DNA from: a virus
DNA: 64,000 nt
Strand: one strand, 5' to 3'
IMG/VR virus record: IMGVR_UViG_3300025929_000013
Span: 44,848 to 108,847 of that record
Shown here: piece by piece, positions 17,349-25,957 of the stretch
How the letters are laid out: each line of letters begins with the position of its first letter
Position numbering within the stretch: position 1 is the first letter of the stretch
Program-made: the position numbers and the translations under genes
The notes under the pieces: generated by a model
What the model was told of the DNA's origin: nothing
Seen by the model: only the letters and a program-made list of their open reading frames with translations
Databases searched by the model: none

Positions 17349-17969
17349 TTAAGCGGTGGCCTGGCGGTAAATGTTGCGCAGGCTTCCCTCGGAGCGCTCC
17401 AGGCCGCGCTCGGTGAGCCAGGGGGCGGCGATCTGGCGCGCGAAGGCGACGCCGGTTGCGTTCGGGTTGGCCGCGTACGCGACGGCGAGCTTCTCCAGCT
17501 CCTGGCGCACGGCGCTGCGCGGCTTCGTGGCACCCTTGGCGCGGGCGGGCTTGGTCTTCGTCGCGGGCTTCACCTCGGGCTCCTCGCGGTGCGCCGAGAA
17601 GTGCGACAGCAGGGTGTTGACGACGAAGGCGGCGCTGGGCAGCACGGCGACGAAGTATCCGACCAGGTCGTGCACGGGTGCGTCGAACAGGTTCGCCGCG
17701 AGGGAGATGCCGCAGAAGAGGGCGAACACGAACCACGCGAGCATGCGCACGCCGCCGGACAGGGTGCGGTCCAGGACCTTGCGCAGGGCGTACACGGTGA
17801 CCGCGTCGACCGCGACGGGGTAGAGGTCGGCCTGCCACTGGCCCTGTCCGGCGCGCAGGGCCAGGTCCCTGATGTGGCTGAAGCTCAGGGCGCCGGTCAC
17901 GACGGCCAGGAACACGGTCGCGCCGTGCTCGGCGATTTTCTGCGTGATCTCGCTCAGCCAGCGCATCAT
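17349..17969 (-). CDS. DUF2637-type membrane protein with C-terminal HTH-like segment
   Basis: About 4 TM segments; LSFSHIRDLALRAG...LYPVAVD...SLAAN motif; basic linker and helical C-terminus. Confidence 0.75.
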   Translation of the reverse strand: MMRWLSEITQKIAEHGATVFLAVVTGALSFSHIRDLALRAGQGQWQADLYPVAVDAVTVYALRKVLDRTLSGGVRMLAWFVFALFCGISLAANLFDAPVHDLVGYFVAVLPSAAFVVNTLLSHFSAHREEPEVKPATKTKPARAKGATKPRSAVRQELEKLAVAYAANPNATGVAFARQIAAPWLTERGLERSEGSLRNIYRQATA

Positions 17970-17993
17970 TTCCCCACCCGATTCCCTGAATCA

Positions 17994-19039
17994 GTGCACC
18001 GTATTTCGACAGGGTAGGAGAGTGCTGCGCATTGTGCAAACTATTCTACCGCTTGTGAACTTGTGCACCCTGTGTGGGATCGTGGTGTGTGCACATCTGG
18101 GCGGTTCGTGCACGCACGTCATTCACCCGTTCGGCCCCACGCCGGTGTGCGTGATGCGTGCAGGTGTGCGGTGAGTGATCCGCGTTTGTGCGTGCGCTTG
18201 TGTGCACGGTCGTCGACCGAGGCGAGCATGACCTGTTGTGCACCGAGCATCCGTGCATGCACGTGCTCCTCGATGCTGTGCACGGTGACCATGTCGTCCA
18301 CGTGCACGGTGCGGTGCACCGAGGATGCACGGGTGTGCCGGGTGCAGCGCTGCATCCATGCACCCACCCCGCCGGGCGCGTCGTAGTTGATCACGTGGGA
18401 GGCGACGGGCAGGTCGACGCCGCTGCCCCCGGCGTCCGTGCTCAGGAACACCCGGCACGTGAAGCTGGTGCAGAAGCGGGCCACGGCCGCGGCGCGGGCC
18501 GCCGCGTCAAGCTCTCCGTGGTACAGGACGCTCTGATAGGCCCCCAGGGCTTCTTGCAGCAGCGGGAGCATCTCACGGAACGCGGTGAACACCACGACCT
18601 TGTGGGAGGGCTCGACGAGGGCTGCGTCGACCAGCTGGAGCAGGACGTCGAGCTTCTCCCCGCCCGCCTGCTCGGGAATCGCGCCCGCGTCGACCAGCTT
18701 GCGGGCGTAGGCGCTGCCGATGCCCTTGCCCTTGCCCTTGCCCGCGCTGCGGTGTTTGGCCGCGGAGACGTGCAGCAACCGCGGGTCGCACAGCAGCAGC
18801 CGCGCGGCGAGCATGCACGCGCTGACCCGGCCGAGCGCCGCGCTGCCGTGCTGTGCACCGCCCGCGTACAGTGCGGCGACGTCCACGTGCGCACGACCCT
18901 CGTCGCGGGCACGCTCCAGTGCATGCTCCAGGTCGCGTTCGATACGTGCATACACCGCGCGGGTGTGCACACCCAGATGCACCGGGACCGTACGGTGCAC
19001 GACGGCGGGCATGCACGCGGCCACGTCCGGATCGTGCAC
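17994..19039. repeat. cluster of GTGCAC palindromes and TGCA-core variants
   Basis: GTGCAC at 17994, 18063, 18089, 18108, 18202, 18238, 18278, 18302, 18314, 18853, 18965, 18995 and 19034, plus many ATGCAC/GTGCAT/GTGCAG. Confidence 0.9.
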
Positions 19040-19753
19040 GGTGCGCCGGTGCATCGCCGGGGCGAGCGTGTCGTGCATGACGTCGAGGTTCCGGTAGGCC
19101 ACGGGGCGCCCGTACTCGTTGCGCACGACGTAGGCGCGGTCGTATAGGTCCCACCGGCCGAACACGGACGGGTCGACCCACTGCATGACGCTGTAGATCT
19201 CCTCGGGCCTGCCGTTGTCCATGGGCGTACCGGTCAGGGCGTACCGGTACGGAGCTGTCAAATCCTTGATCTTCTTGGTGCGCTGCGCCCCGGCGTTCTT
19301 GATCGCCTGCGCCTCGTCCAGGACGATCCCCTCGAAAGCCAGGCGTCGCAGGGCCCCCGCGTCGGCGCACGCGGTCTCGTAGGAGACGATCACGTAGTCC
19401 GGGCGCCCGTCGCGCTGCATCGCGGCGTATAGCTCGGCACGCTTGGCCGGGGCGGCGTCGATCACCGCGCAGTGTTCCGCGGCCGGGACGCGCAGCGTCA
19501 CATTCTTGAGCCGGATCCCGCGCGTGCGAACGTCGGCGAAGGCCGCGATCTTCTCGGCCCACTGCCAGCGCAGCGCCGCCGGGACGATGATCAGGGCGCT
19601 GTCGACCTCGCCGCGCATGAAGAGTTCTTCGATCACGGCGAGGGCGACCAGGGTCTTGCCGGTGCCCATCCCGTGCGCGATCAGCATGCTGCGGCGCTCG
19701 ACGGCGGCGCTCACGGCCTGTTCCTGGTAGCCGTGCAGATTTCCGCAGAACAT
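18119..19753 (-). CDS. SNF2-family (SF2) helicase
   Basis: GMGTGKT, IIVPA, LDEAQ, LTGTP, KVVVF and STDAGGSGVDL...INYD...QR motifs. Confidence 0.9.
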   Translation of the reverse strand: MFCGNLHGYQEQAVSAAVERRSMLIAHGMGTGKTLVALAVIEELFMRGEVDSALIIVPAALRWQWAEKIAAFADVRTRGIRLKNVTLRVPAAEHCAVIDAAPAKRAELYAAMQRDGRPDYVIVSYETACADAGALRRLAFEGIVLDEAQAIKNAGAQRTKKIKDLTAPYRYALTGTPMDNGRPEEIYSVMQWVDPSVFGRWDLYDRAYVVRNEYGRPVAYRNLDVMHDTLAPAMHRRTVHDPDVAACMPAVVHRTVPVHLGVHTRAVYARIERDLEHALERARDEGRAHVDVAALYAGGAQHGSAALGRVSACMLAARLLLCDPRLLHVSAAKHRSAGKGKGKGIGSAYARKLVDAGAIPEQAGGEKLDVLLQLVDAALVEPSHKVVVFTAFREMLPLLQEALGAYQSVLYHGELDAAARAAAVARFCTSFTCRVFLSTDAGGSGVDLPVASHVINYDAPGGVGAWMQRCTRHTRASSVHRTVHVDDMVTVHSIEEHVHARMLGAQQVMLASVDDRAHKRTHKRGSLTAHLHASRTPAWGRTGE

Positions 19754-20683
19754 TTACAGACGCTCCAAATACCGCGCGAGGCGCGAGTAGGCGCCGTCGT
19801 AGGCGTCGGCGATCTCTTTGTCGCTCATCTCGCCGGGGTCTTTGACGGTGCGCCGCGGGTAGCGGAAAAAAGTGACGCGGGTGCGGCGGCGCAGCCGGGC
19901 CTCGACCAGGTCCGCGTTCGAGATCCCCGGCTCGTCGTTGTCCAGGGCGATCACGACCCGGTCGGCCAGGCGCACCAGCAGGTCGATCTGGGCGTCCGAG
20001 ACAACCGCGCCGAAGGAGGCGAGCGCGCCGGGGATTCCGGCGGCCCACAGCCGGGCGCAGTCCAGGGGGGACTCGACCAGGACCGCGGTGTCGCCGTCGA
20101 AGGCGTGCGCCCCGAACAGGGTGGAGGCCTTGGCGATGCCGCGGGGGCGGTTGCGCACGAACTTGCCGCGCTTGTACTGGTAGCCGAGCAGCGCGCCGCG
20201 CGGGTCGCGGATCGGCAGGACGAAGCCGCCGGACTCCTCGTCCCACAGCAGGCCGTAGCGGGCGGCGCCCTCGTCGTCGATGCCGCGTTTGGCAAGCGCC
20301 TCGGCCGGGGGGAAGGCGTAGCCTGCCAGGCTCGGCTCCGGCGGGGGCGCCGATGGTACGCAGGGTCCGCGCAGGATCCGTGCGGCGCGCTCCAACGACC
20401 CGTAGCGCGCGGTCCAGGTGTGCGCGGCGACCGGGTCCAGGCCCAGGCGGTCCATGACCAGGGTGGGAAACGAACCCTGATAGCCGCAGCTGAAGCAGAG
20501 GAACAGACCGCGCTCCTCGTTGACACTGAACGAAGGGTGCCGGTCCTCTTTCCCGGTGCGCGCGAGATGGGCGGGGCAGTGCGCCCACACCTCCCCGCCC
20601 TCGACGCGCACGATCTCGATCCCCAGCTCCCGCAGCGCGCCCTGTACGTCGCCGGGCACCGGCGGGGCGGTCAGATCCCACAT
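19754..20683 (-). CDS. DNA primase (CHC2 zinc finger plus TOPRIM)
   Basis: CPAH...PSFSVN...CFSCG, LVESPLDC, LDNDEPG. Confidence 0.9.
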   Translation of the reverse strand: MWDLTAPPVPGDVQGALRELGIEIVRVEGGEVWAHCPAHLARTGKEDRHPSFSVNEERGLFLCFSCGYQGSFPTLVMDRLGLDPVAAHTWTARYGSLERAARILRGPCVPSAPPPEPSLAGYAFPPAEALAKRGIDDEGAARYGLLWDEESGGFVLPIRDPRGALLGYQYKRGKFVRNRPRGIAKASTLFGAHAFDGDTAVLVESPLDCARLWAAGIPGALASFGAVVSDAQIDLLVRLADRVVIALDNDEPGISNADLVEARLRRRTRVTFFRYPRRTVKDPGEMSDKEIADAYDGAYSRLARYLERL

Positions 20684-20692
20684 ACCGGCGCC

Positions 20693-21970
20693 CTACCAGC
20701 GTGAGGTCGCGCTCGTGCCGCCGGTGGTGGCCTCGAATGGGCTCTGCGCCAGCTCCTCGCACGCCCCGCGACTCCAGTCGATGCGGATGTGGCTCTGCAC
20801 GTTGGGGCAGTTGCGCGAGGCGACGATCTTGAGCAGCTTGACCGCGTCGTCGTCGGTGGGATCGAGCGCCATGGCGATGTCGGCGTCCATTTCGAAGCTC
20901 GACGCCCAACCGAACGAGCCGCCGTCGGCGCCCTTCTTGCGGTCGACCTTGGAGCGCAGCAGCTGGCTGGTGATGATCACCGGGATCGCCCAGGTGTCGG
21001 CGAGACGCTTGAAGGACTGCGTGAGAGAGGTGATGGCCTGGGGTGTGCCCACGTCCCCGGTCAACTCGTCGCGCATCAGGTAGATGCCATCGACCGCGAG
21101 CAAATCGGGGCGGTTGCGCTCGATCGACGCGGCGATCTGTGTAATCGTGGCCTGATGTGCGATCCCCTTGTGGATGTGGAAGGACGCCATGCCTCCCACG
21201 CGGGCGATCGCGCGTTCCAAGCGAATCCATTCGGCCTGGTTAAGCGTGCCGCTGCGCAGCTTCTGGACGTCGATCCCGGCGAACGAGGCGTCGAGGCGCT
21301 CGGCGATCTCCATGACGCCCATCTCGATCGTGTAGAGCAGCGGAACCAGCTCGCTGCCGTTGGCGTAGGCGTCCTCGTAGGCGTAGCGGGTGATGGCGCT
21401 CAGGACAGTGGTCTTGCCCCCCTTGGGCAGGCCGCCGAGCACGACGAGCTGTCCCGGTTGCAGGCCTTGGGTGGCTCGGTCGACGGTGGGGAACCCGGTG
21501 GGGATCCCGCGCAGGCCCTCGATGCTCTCGCGGTAGGCGCGATACTGCCCCAGGCGCTCGTCGCCGCTCTTGAGCAGTTCCAGCATCGCCGCGCGACGGC
21601 TCGGGCGCATCAAGGAGCGCAGGGTGGTGGCGAGTACGCCCTCGCTGGCGTCCAGGTCCCCGGCCTCCAGCGCCTCGACCGCGCGCACCACGCCCACAGC
21701 GAGCACCTCGCGGTTGCGCTGCTCGACCAGGCGGTCGAGGTAGACGGCGATCGGCTCGGGCGGGGTGTCGAAGGTGTAGCCGGGGAACTGGGCCGCGAGG
21801 GTCTCGGCGCTCGGGACGCGGCCGTAGCGCGTCTGGTGGCCGAGGATCGCCTTGTACACCTTGGCGTGCACGGGGGTGGGGAAGTATTCGGCGGTGATCT
21901 GGGCGTCGGTCAGGGCGTGGGTCGAGCCCTCGGCCACGACCGCGCACAGGACCCTGTGTTCGATGTCCAT
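20693..21970 (-). CDS. dnaB: DnaB-like replicative helicase
   Basis: GIPTGFPTVD, GLPKGGKT, IEM, VDGIYLM, TSQ and MDAD motifs. Confidence 0.92.
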   Translation of the reverse strand: MDIEHRVLCAVVAEGSTHALTDAQITAEYFPTPVHAKVYKAILGHQTRYGRVPSAETLAAQFPGYTFDTPPEPIAVYLDRLVEQRNREVLAVGVVRAVEALEAGDLDASEGVLATTLRSLMRPSRRAAMLELLKSGDERLGQYRAYRESIEGLRGIPTGFPTVDRATQGLQPGQLVVLGGLPKGGKTTVLSAITRYAYEDAYANGSELVPLLYTIEMGVMEIAERLDASFAGIDVQKLRSGTLNQAEWIRLERAIARVGGMASFHIHKGIAHQATITQIAASIERNRPDLLAVDGIYLMRDELTGDVGTPQAITSLTQSFKRLADTWAIPVIITSQLLRSKVDRKKGADGGSFGWASSFEMDADIAMALDPTDDDAVKLLKIVASRNCPNVQSHIRIDWSRGACEELAQSPFEATTGGTSATSRW

Positions 21971-22426
21971 CTAGAGCCGTCCGATCTGGTCCGCGCGGTC
22001 GGGGGGAAGATGCTGGCCGCGCTGCCCGAATGTCAATAGGTTGGCCCGGTCGGGGAAGTAGACCCGCTGCACGTCCGGGCGCCGCGCCAGCTCGCGGGCG
22101 ACACCGGCGGGGGTGCGGCTCAGGACCGGGGCGTAGATGTTCTGCTCGTAGCCGAGCGTCTCGGCCAGCTCCAGGGCGAAGCCGTCCCCGAGGAAGGTGA
22201 GCACTTCCAGGTGCCAGTGGTCGCGCACCATCGTGCGGTAGATCGCGGCGGCGGCCAGCTCGTTGACCGAGAAGTCCGCGGGGGACAGCGCCCTGGGGGG
22301 CGTACGGCGGCGCCAGGGGCCCTTGCGCGGTGCGCTTGGGGTCTCGGGCCGCCGCAGCCCCACCAGGCCCTCGTAGACCACCCAGAGCCGCTGCGGGGGG
22401 TCGTCTGAGATGTCGCCGTGCTGCAT
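21971..22426 (-). CDS. hypothetical protein, degenerate HAD-like
   Basis: LWVVYEGLVG; coupled to dnaB. Confidence 0.65.
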   Translation of the reverse strand: MQHGDISDDPPQRLWVVYEGLVGLRRPETPSAPRKGPWRRRTPPRALSPADFSVNELAAAAIYRTMVRDHWHLEVLTFLGDGFALELAETLGYEQNIYAPVLSRTPAGVARELARRPDVQRVYFPDRANLLTFGQRGQHLPPDRADQIGRL

Positions 22427-23115
22427 CAGGACCGGTGCCGCGGGATGGTGACCGGCAGCTGTGTGAAGCCGCGCAGGAACTCGACCAGGTGCTCGGGGTA
22501 GGCAGCGATCATCTGGGGCAGCCCCACGCCGGTGACGGCGATGGTGACCAGGCCGCGGCGGCGGCGGGAGGCAAGGACGCGGTACAGCTCGTCGTAGGAC
22601 GCACCGGAGGCGGTGATGCGCTCGCGCCCGATGTCGTCGATCACGATCAGCGAGTCGTGCATGACGCGATCCATGGAGGCGTCCAGGCTCTCCAGGTCGT
22701 CCTCGTGCTCGATGCCCCGGCCCTCGCGCCAGGCGTGACGCTCGTTGAAGAAATGGATGTAGTCCGGCCAGGGCACGTAGAGCACGGTGATCCCGTCGTA
22801 CCGGCGCCCCAGCACGATCTCGGTCAGCACCGTGCAGGCGATCTCAGTCTTGCCGATCTTCGGAGGCCCGCTCACGAACAGGCCGACCCCGATCAGGCTG
22901 CGATCGTCGGGGAACTCGGATAGGGGCGTGCGCTCGGGCACGTAGCGCACTGCGAACGTCTCGATGAAGTCCCGGGCGATCTGGAGCGTGGCCTCAGGAT
23001 GGGCGAGGTCCTCCAGGACGCGGCCCCAGGTGCCCACGGGGAATCGGGCGGCGTTCCACACGGAGGCGGGCGGCATTGTCTCGGTCACGGGGTTCCAATC
23101 AGGATACGAATTCAT
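22426..23115 (-). CDS. DnaC/IstB-like AAA+ helicase loader
   Basis: GLFVSGPPKIGKT Walker A, IVIDDIGRE Walker B. Confidence 0.85.
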   Translation of the reverse strand: MNSYPDWNPVTETMPPASVWNAARFPVGTWGRVLEDLAHPEATLQIARDFIETFAVRYVPERTPLSEFPDDRSLIGVGLFVSGPPKIGKTEIACTVLTEIVLGRRYDGITVLYVPWPDYIHFFNERHAWREGRGIEHEDDLESLDASMDRVMHDSLIVIDDIGRERITASGASYDELYRVLASRRRRGLVTIAVTGVGLPQMIAAYPEHLVEFLRGFTQLPVTIPRHRS

Positions 23116-24037
23116 AGGTGGTCGGGGTCGAGGTCCGCTCCGGCCAGCGCACGTAGGCGTCGGGGTCGTCGCGGTACAGGGCGCGCTGCTCGGCCTCGCG
23201 GATCTTGGACAGCAGCAGGTGGCGCTGGAAGAGGAAGTGCCTCCAGGGGGCCACGCTCGGATTGCGCAGGCCTCCGGCCTCGGCGTACAGGTTCGTCATC
23301 GCGCGGATCTGCGCGGGGGTGACGCCCTCGTCGAGCAGCACCCGGAACAAGCGTGCCAATGCCTTGACATTGGTGTCGAGGGCTCCGGCGATCCGGGCCT
23401 CCTGCATCCGCGCGCGCCACGCCAGGGCCAGGCCCATCGGGCTGTCGGCCGAGGGCGAGCGCCGCGGGCCGTGGGAGCCCCAGCTCTCCCGCGAGGCCCC
23501 GGCGCTCGCGCTCGCCGGGTGCGTCTGCCACAGATCCAGAGCCTTCGCCGGATCCAGGGCGTCCTCCCGGTCCCTGGCCGCCTTCGCCTCCCGGCGTACC
23601 GCCGCGCGCCGCGGCGGTGAAGGAAGACACGAAGTGTCTTTCTTCTCTGGCTCTGGTTCTATTGGCTCTCGTTCATTGAGGGCCCCCATCCGTGATGGGT
23701 CGGTGTCCCGCACCGGTGATGGGTCGCTTGCAGGGTTCTGCGATGGTGCGGGCTTCCCGATGCCGAGGAGATATTCGACGCCGTGGATGACGCCGCGGCG
23801 CTTGACGGTGATCCACCCGGTCTCGCGAAGCTCGCGCACCGCCCGCTCGATCGTGGGTACCGAGCACTTGAGATCGGCGGCGAGCGTGGCCTGGCGCGGC
23901 CAGCACCGCCGCGCGTCGCCCGCGTAGCGCAGCAGCATCCCGTAGACCGTGATCGCCCGCGGAGACAGACCGCTTCGCAGCAGCTCTTCGGGCAACGGTG
24001 CCCAGTACCCCTCGTTCATCAGTACCCCGTCATCCAT
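23099..24037 (-). CDS. HTH-domain replication initiator-like protein
   Basis: LSPRAITVYGML...CWPRQATLAADLKCSVPTIERAVRELRETGWI; upstream of DnaC/DnaB. Confidence 0.75.
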   Translation of the reverse strand: MDDGVLMNEGYWAPLPEELLRSGLSPRAITVYGMLLRYAGDARRCWPRQATLAADLKCSVPTIERAVRELRETGWITVKRRGVIHGVEYLLGIGKPAPSQNPASDPSPVRDTDPSRMGALNEREPIEPEPEKKDTSCLPSPPRRAAVRREAKAARDREDALDPAKALDLWQTHPASASAGASRESWGSHGPRRSPSADSPMGLALAWRARMQEARIAGALDTNVKALARLFRVLLDEGVTPAQIRAMTNLYAEAGGLRNPSVAPWRHFLFQRHLLLSKIREAEQRALYRDDPDAYVRWPERTSTPTTYEFVS

Positions 24038-24267
24038 GTGGACTTGGTCATCAGCTCGTTTAGGAACAGCACCGCGTCCGTCCTGTCCAGGCCGAGCAGT
24101 TCGGCCATCTCCCCGGCTTCGGGACGCCGCTCAAGCACGAACCACAGCGCCGCGATCAGCCGTGCTCCGGTGCTGAGCGAGGTATCGAGGATGATCTTGG
24201 CTGGCATGCAGAAGATGCGCTGGTCGACCAAGACGCGGATCGGCTCGTCGGCCTCGGTGGCGGGCAC
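24019..24267 (-). CDS. small winged-HTH-like protein
   Basis: IILDTSLSTGARLI...EMAELLGLDR...LNEL. Confidence 0.55.
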   Translation of the reverse strand: MPATEADEPIRVLVDQRIFCMPAKIILDTSLSTGARLIAALWFVLERRPEAGEMAELLGLDRTDAVLFLNELMTKSTWMTGY

Positions 24268-24270
24268 GGC

Positions 24271-25413
24271 CTAGTCCACCGGGACTTCGCGGGTCTGCAC
24301 GTTCTTGCGCGGGCGCCCGCGGCCCTTGGGGCGCCACTGCCCGGCCTCCTCGTCGAACCACTCGGTGCGGGTGCGCTGCGCCATCTGCACCGCGACCGTC
24401 ACCGACGGCTCGGCCTGCTCGGGGATCTCCTGCGGCTGGGGCACCGCGTCCGCGATCGCCTCCAGCTCCTGCGCCGCGTCCGTCGGGGCCACCCCGAGCA
24501 GGTGCTGGAGGATCACGTGCAGGCGCAGCAGCTCGTCGGTGACCGGGCTGCCCGGACCGTCGGTGACCCCGGTGTAGTCCATCCGCGTGACCAGGTCGGT
24601 GGCGATGTGGTACTCAAGCAGCTTGTCCAGGGTGGAGAACACGTTCGCGACCGGATCGCCCTCCAGCTCCCGGCCCAGGTCCAGCTGCGTGGTGCGGGTG
24701 ATCGCGTGGGTGATGGTCACCGGGCCGTCCCCCGCGCCCGCCATGACCGCGTCGCGCAGCTTGGCGCCGAACGGGCGGCGCGCCAGGACCTCCGGGTCGA
24801 CCTTCAGGGCGCCGCGCGAGGCCAGCGCCCCGCGGATGCGCTCGTCGTCCAGCTCGATCTCCGCAAGCTGCGGCTCGGGCAGCTCCTGCTGCCCGAACAC
24901 CTGCGGCGCCGGGGGCTCGATCGGGGCCAGCCCGTAGGACAGGTTCAGCACCGTGCGCACCCCGCGCTCGAATGCGGATTCGATCAGCGCCCGGGTCTCC
25001 TCGTCCGGGTCGGTGTCCTCGTGCAGCACCAGCAGCACGACCTCGTCCGCCGGGTCCGCCTCGGCCAGCAGCTCGGCGATGCGCCCGTAGACGTCGGACG
25101 CGGCCTCCAGGTTGTCCGTCTCGCCCTTGGCGCCCTTCACGTCCCGGCGCGTGGGCGGGTTGGTCACCGAGATCACACCGGTGAAGTCCAGGTTCGCCAG
25201 GGCCGACCACTGGTGCACCATCGCGACGCCGGGGGTGAAGTGCTCGTCGGTCAGCGGCAGGATCAGCCGGATCTCGTCGTACTTGACGCCCTCGCCGGTG
25301 TAGTAGCCCTCCTCGTCCTTGGCGCCGAAGCCCAGCCAGTCGTTGAGCAGCTCGTAGATGTTGTCCCGGTTCGCGGGCCCGTTCCCGGCCACCGCAAAGG
25401 TCAATGTCCCCAT
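24271..25413 (-). CDS. hypothetical protein with C-terminal AT-hook-like GRGRPRK
   Basis: ATG 25413 after AAGGGA; acidic body and RPKGRGRPRK tail. Confidence 0.75.
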   Translation of the reverse strand: MGTLTFAVAGNGPANRDNIYELLNDWLGFGAKDEEGYYTGEGVKYDEIRLILPLTDEHFTPGVAMVHQWSALANLDFTGVISVTNPPTRRDVKGAKGETDNLEAASDVYGRIAELLAEADPADEVVLLVLHEDTDPDEETRALIESAFERGVRTVLNLSYGLAPIEPPAPQVFGQQELPEPQLAEIELDDERIRGALASRGALKVDPEVLARRPFGAKLRDAVMAGAGDGPVTITHAITRTTQLDLGRELEGDPVANVFSTLDKLLEYHIATDLVTRMDYTGVTDGPGSPVTDELLRLHVILQHLLGVAPTDAAQELEAIADAVPQPQEIPEQAEPSVTVAVQMAQRTRTEWFDEEAGQWRPKGRGRPRKNVQTREVPVD

Positions 25414-25567
25414 GAAAGTTCCCTTATGTCCATCCGCCGCGAGTGCGCCGGGAGCCCCCATACAAGCCGCCCGCACCGCATCCGGGTAGTCCCTACCCGA
25501 CCCCTGATTGTTAGCACTTGCGACGCTCTGACCTGCGGGAACGTGCAAACGGGTGAATCTTTCCGGC

Positions 25568-25924
25568 CTACGGCTTGACAGGGGCCGCAACGCCGGTGTC
25601 TTCGAGCCCTGCGATCCCCTTCTCGGCGATCGGGACGACGTCGTGGACGAACACGGACTCCAGCTTGGCCAGCGCGCCGGTCGGCTTCCAGGTGCCCGCG
25701 GCCACCGCGGCGCCACTGATGAACGCGAGGGCGGCGTTGGCCGCAAGGTCGCGGTAGCTCACCCCGGCGGGGTTCTCCAGCGCGGAGCCGACGCCGGTCG
25801 CCGCGGAGAACAGGGCGAGCAGCAGCGCCTTGACGCCCTCGGGCCAGGAGCCCTTGGAGACGGCGGCCACCAGCAGCGGCAGCACGCTGCCGACCAGCAG
25901 GGACAGAAGCGACAAGCGATCCAT
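25568..25924 (-). CDS. holin-like membrane protein
   Basis: About 3 TM segments, VLPLLVAAV...KALLLALFSA...WKPTG; follows the tail genes. Confidence 0.75.
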   Translation of the reverse strand: MDRLSLLSLLVGSVLPLLVAAVSKGSWPEGVKALLLALFSAATGVGSALENPAGVSYRDLAANAALAFISGAAVAAGTWKPTGALAKLESVFVHDVVPIAEKGIAGLEDTGVAAPVKP

Positions 25925-25957
25925 GTGCGGTCTCCGAAGATCACTGCCACGAGCTAT

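Noticed and set aside
18721-18743. (TGCCCT)n microrepeat
   Set aside because: In-frame hexamer encoding a GKGKGKG loop; too short to imply phase variation
17994-19039. GTGCAC cluster as a CRISPR array or iteron set
   Set aside because: The unit is only 6 bp, irregularly spaced, and embedded in coding sequence
18573-21230. 885-aa Arg/Pro-rich minus-strand ORF
   Set aside because: Alternate-frame read through the helicase, primase and DnaB genes; composition typical of off-frame GC-rich DNA
13284-21970. Inteins or introns in PolA, SNF2, primase or DnaB
   Set aside because: Lengths and motif spacing are normal; no intein boundary motifs noticed
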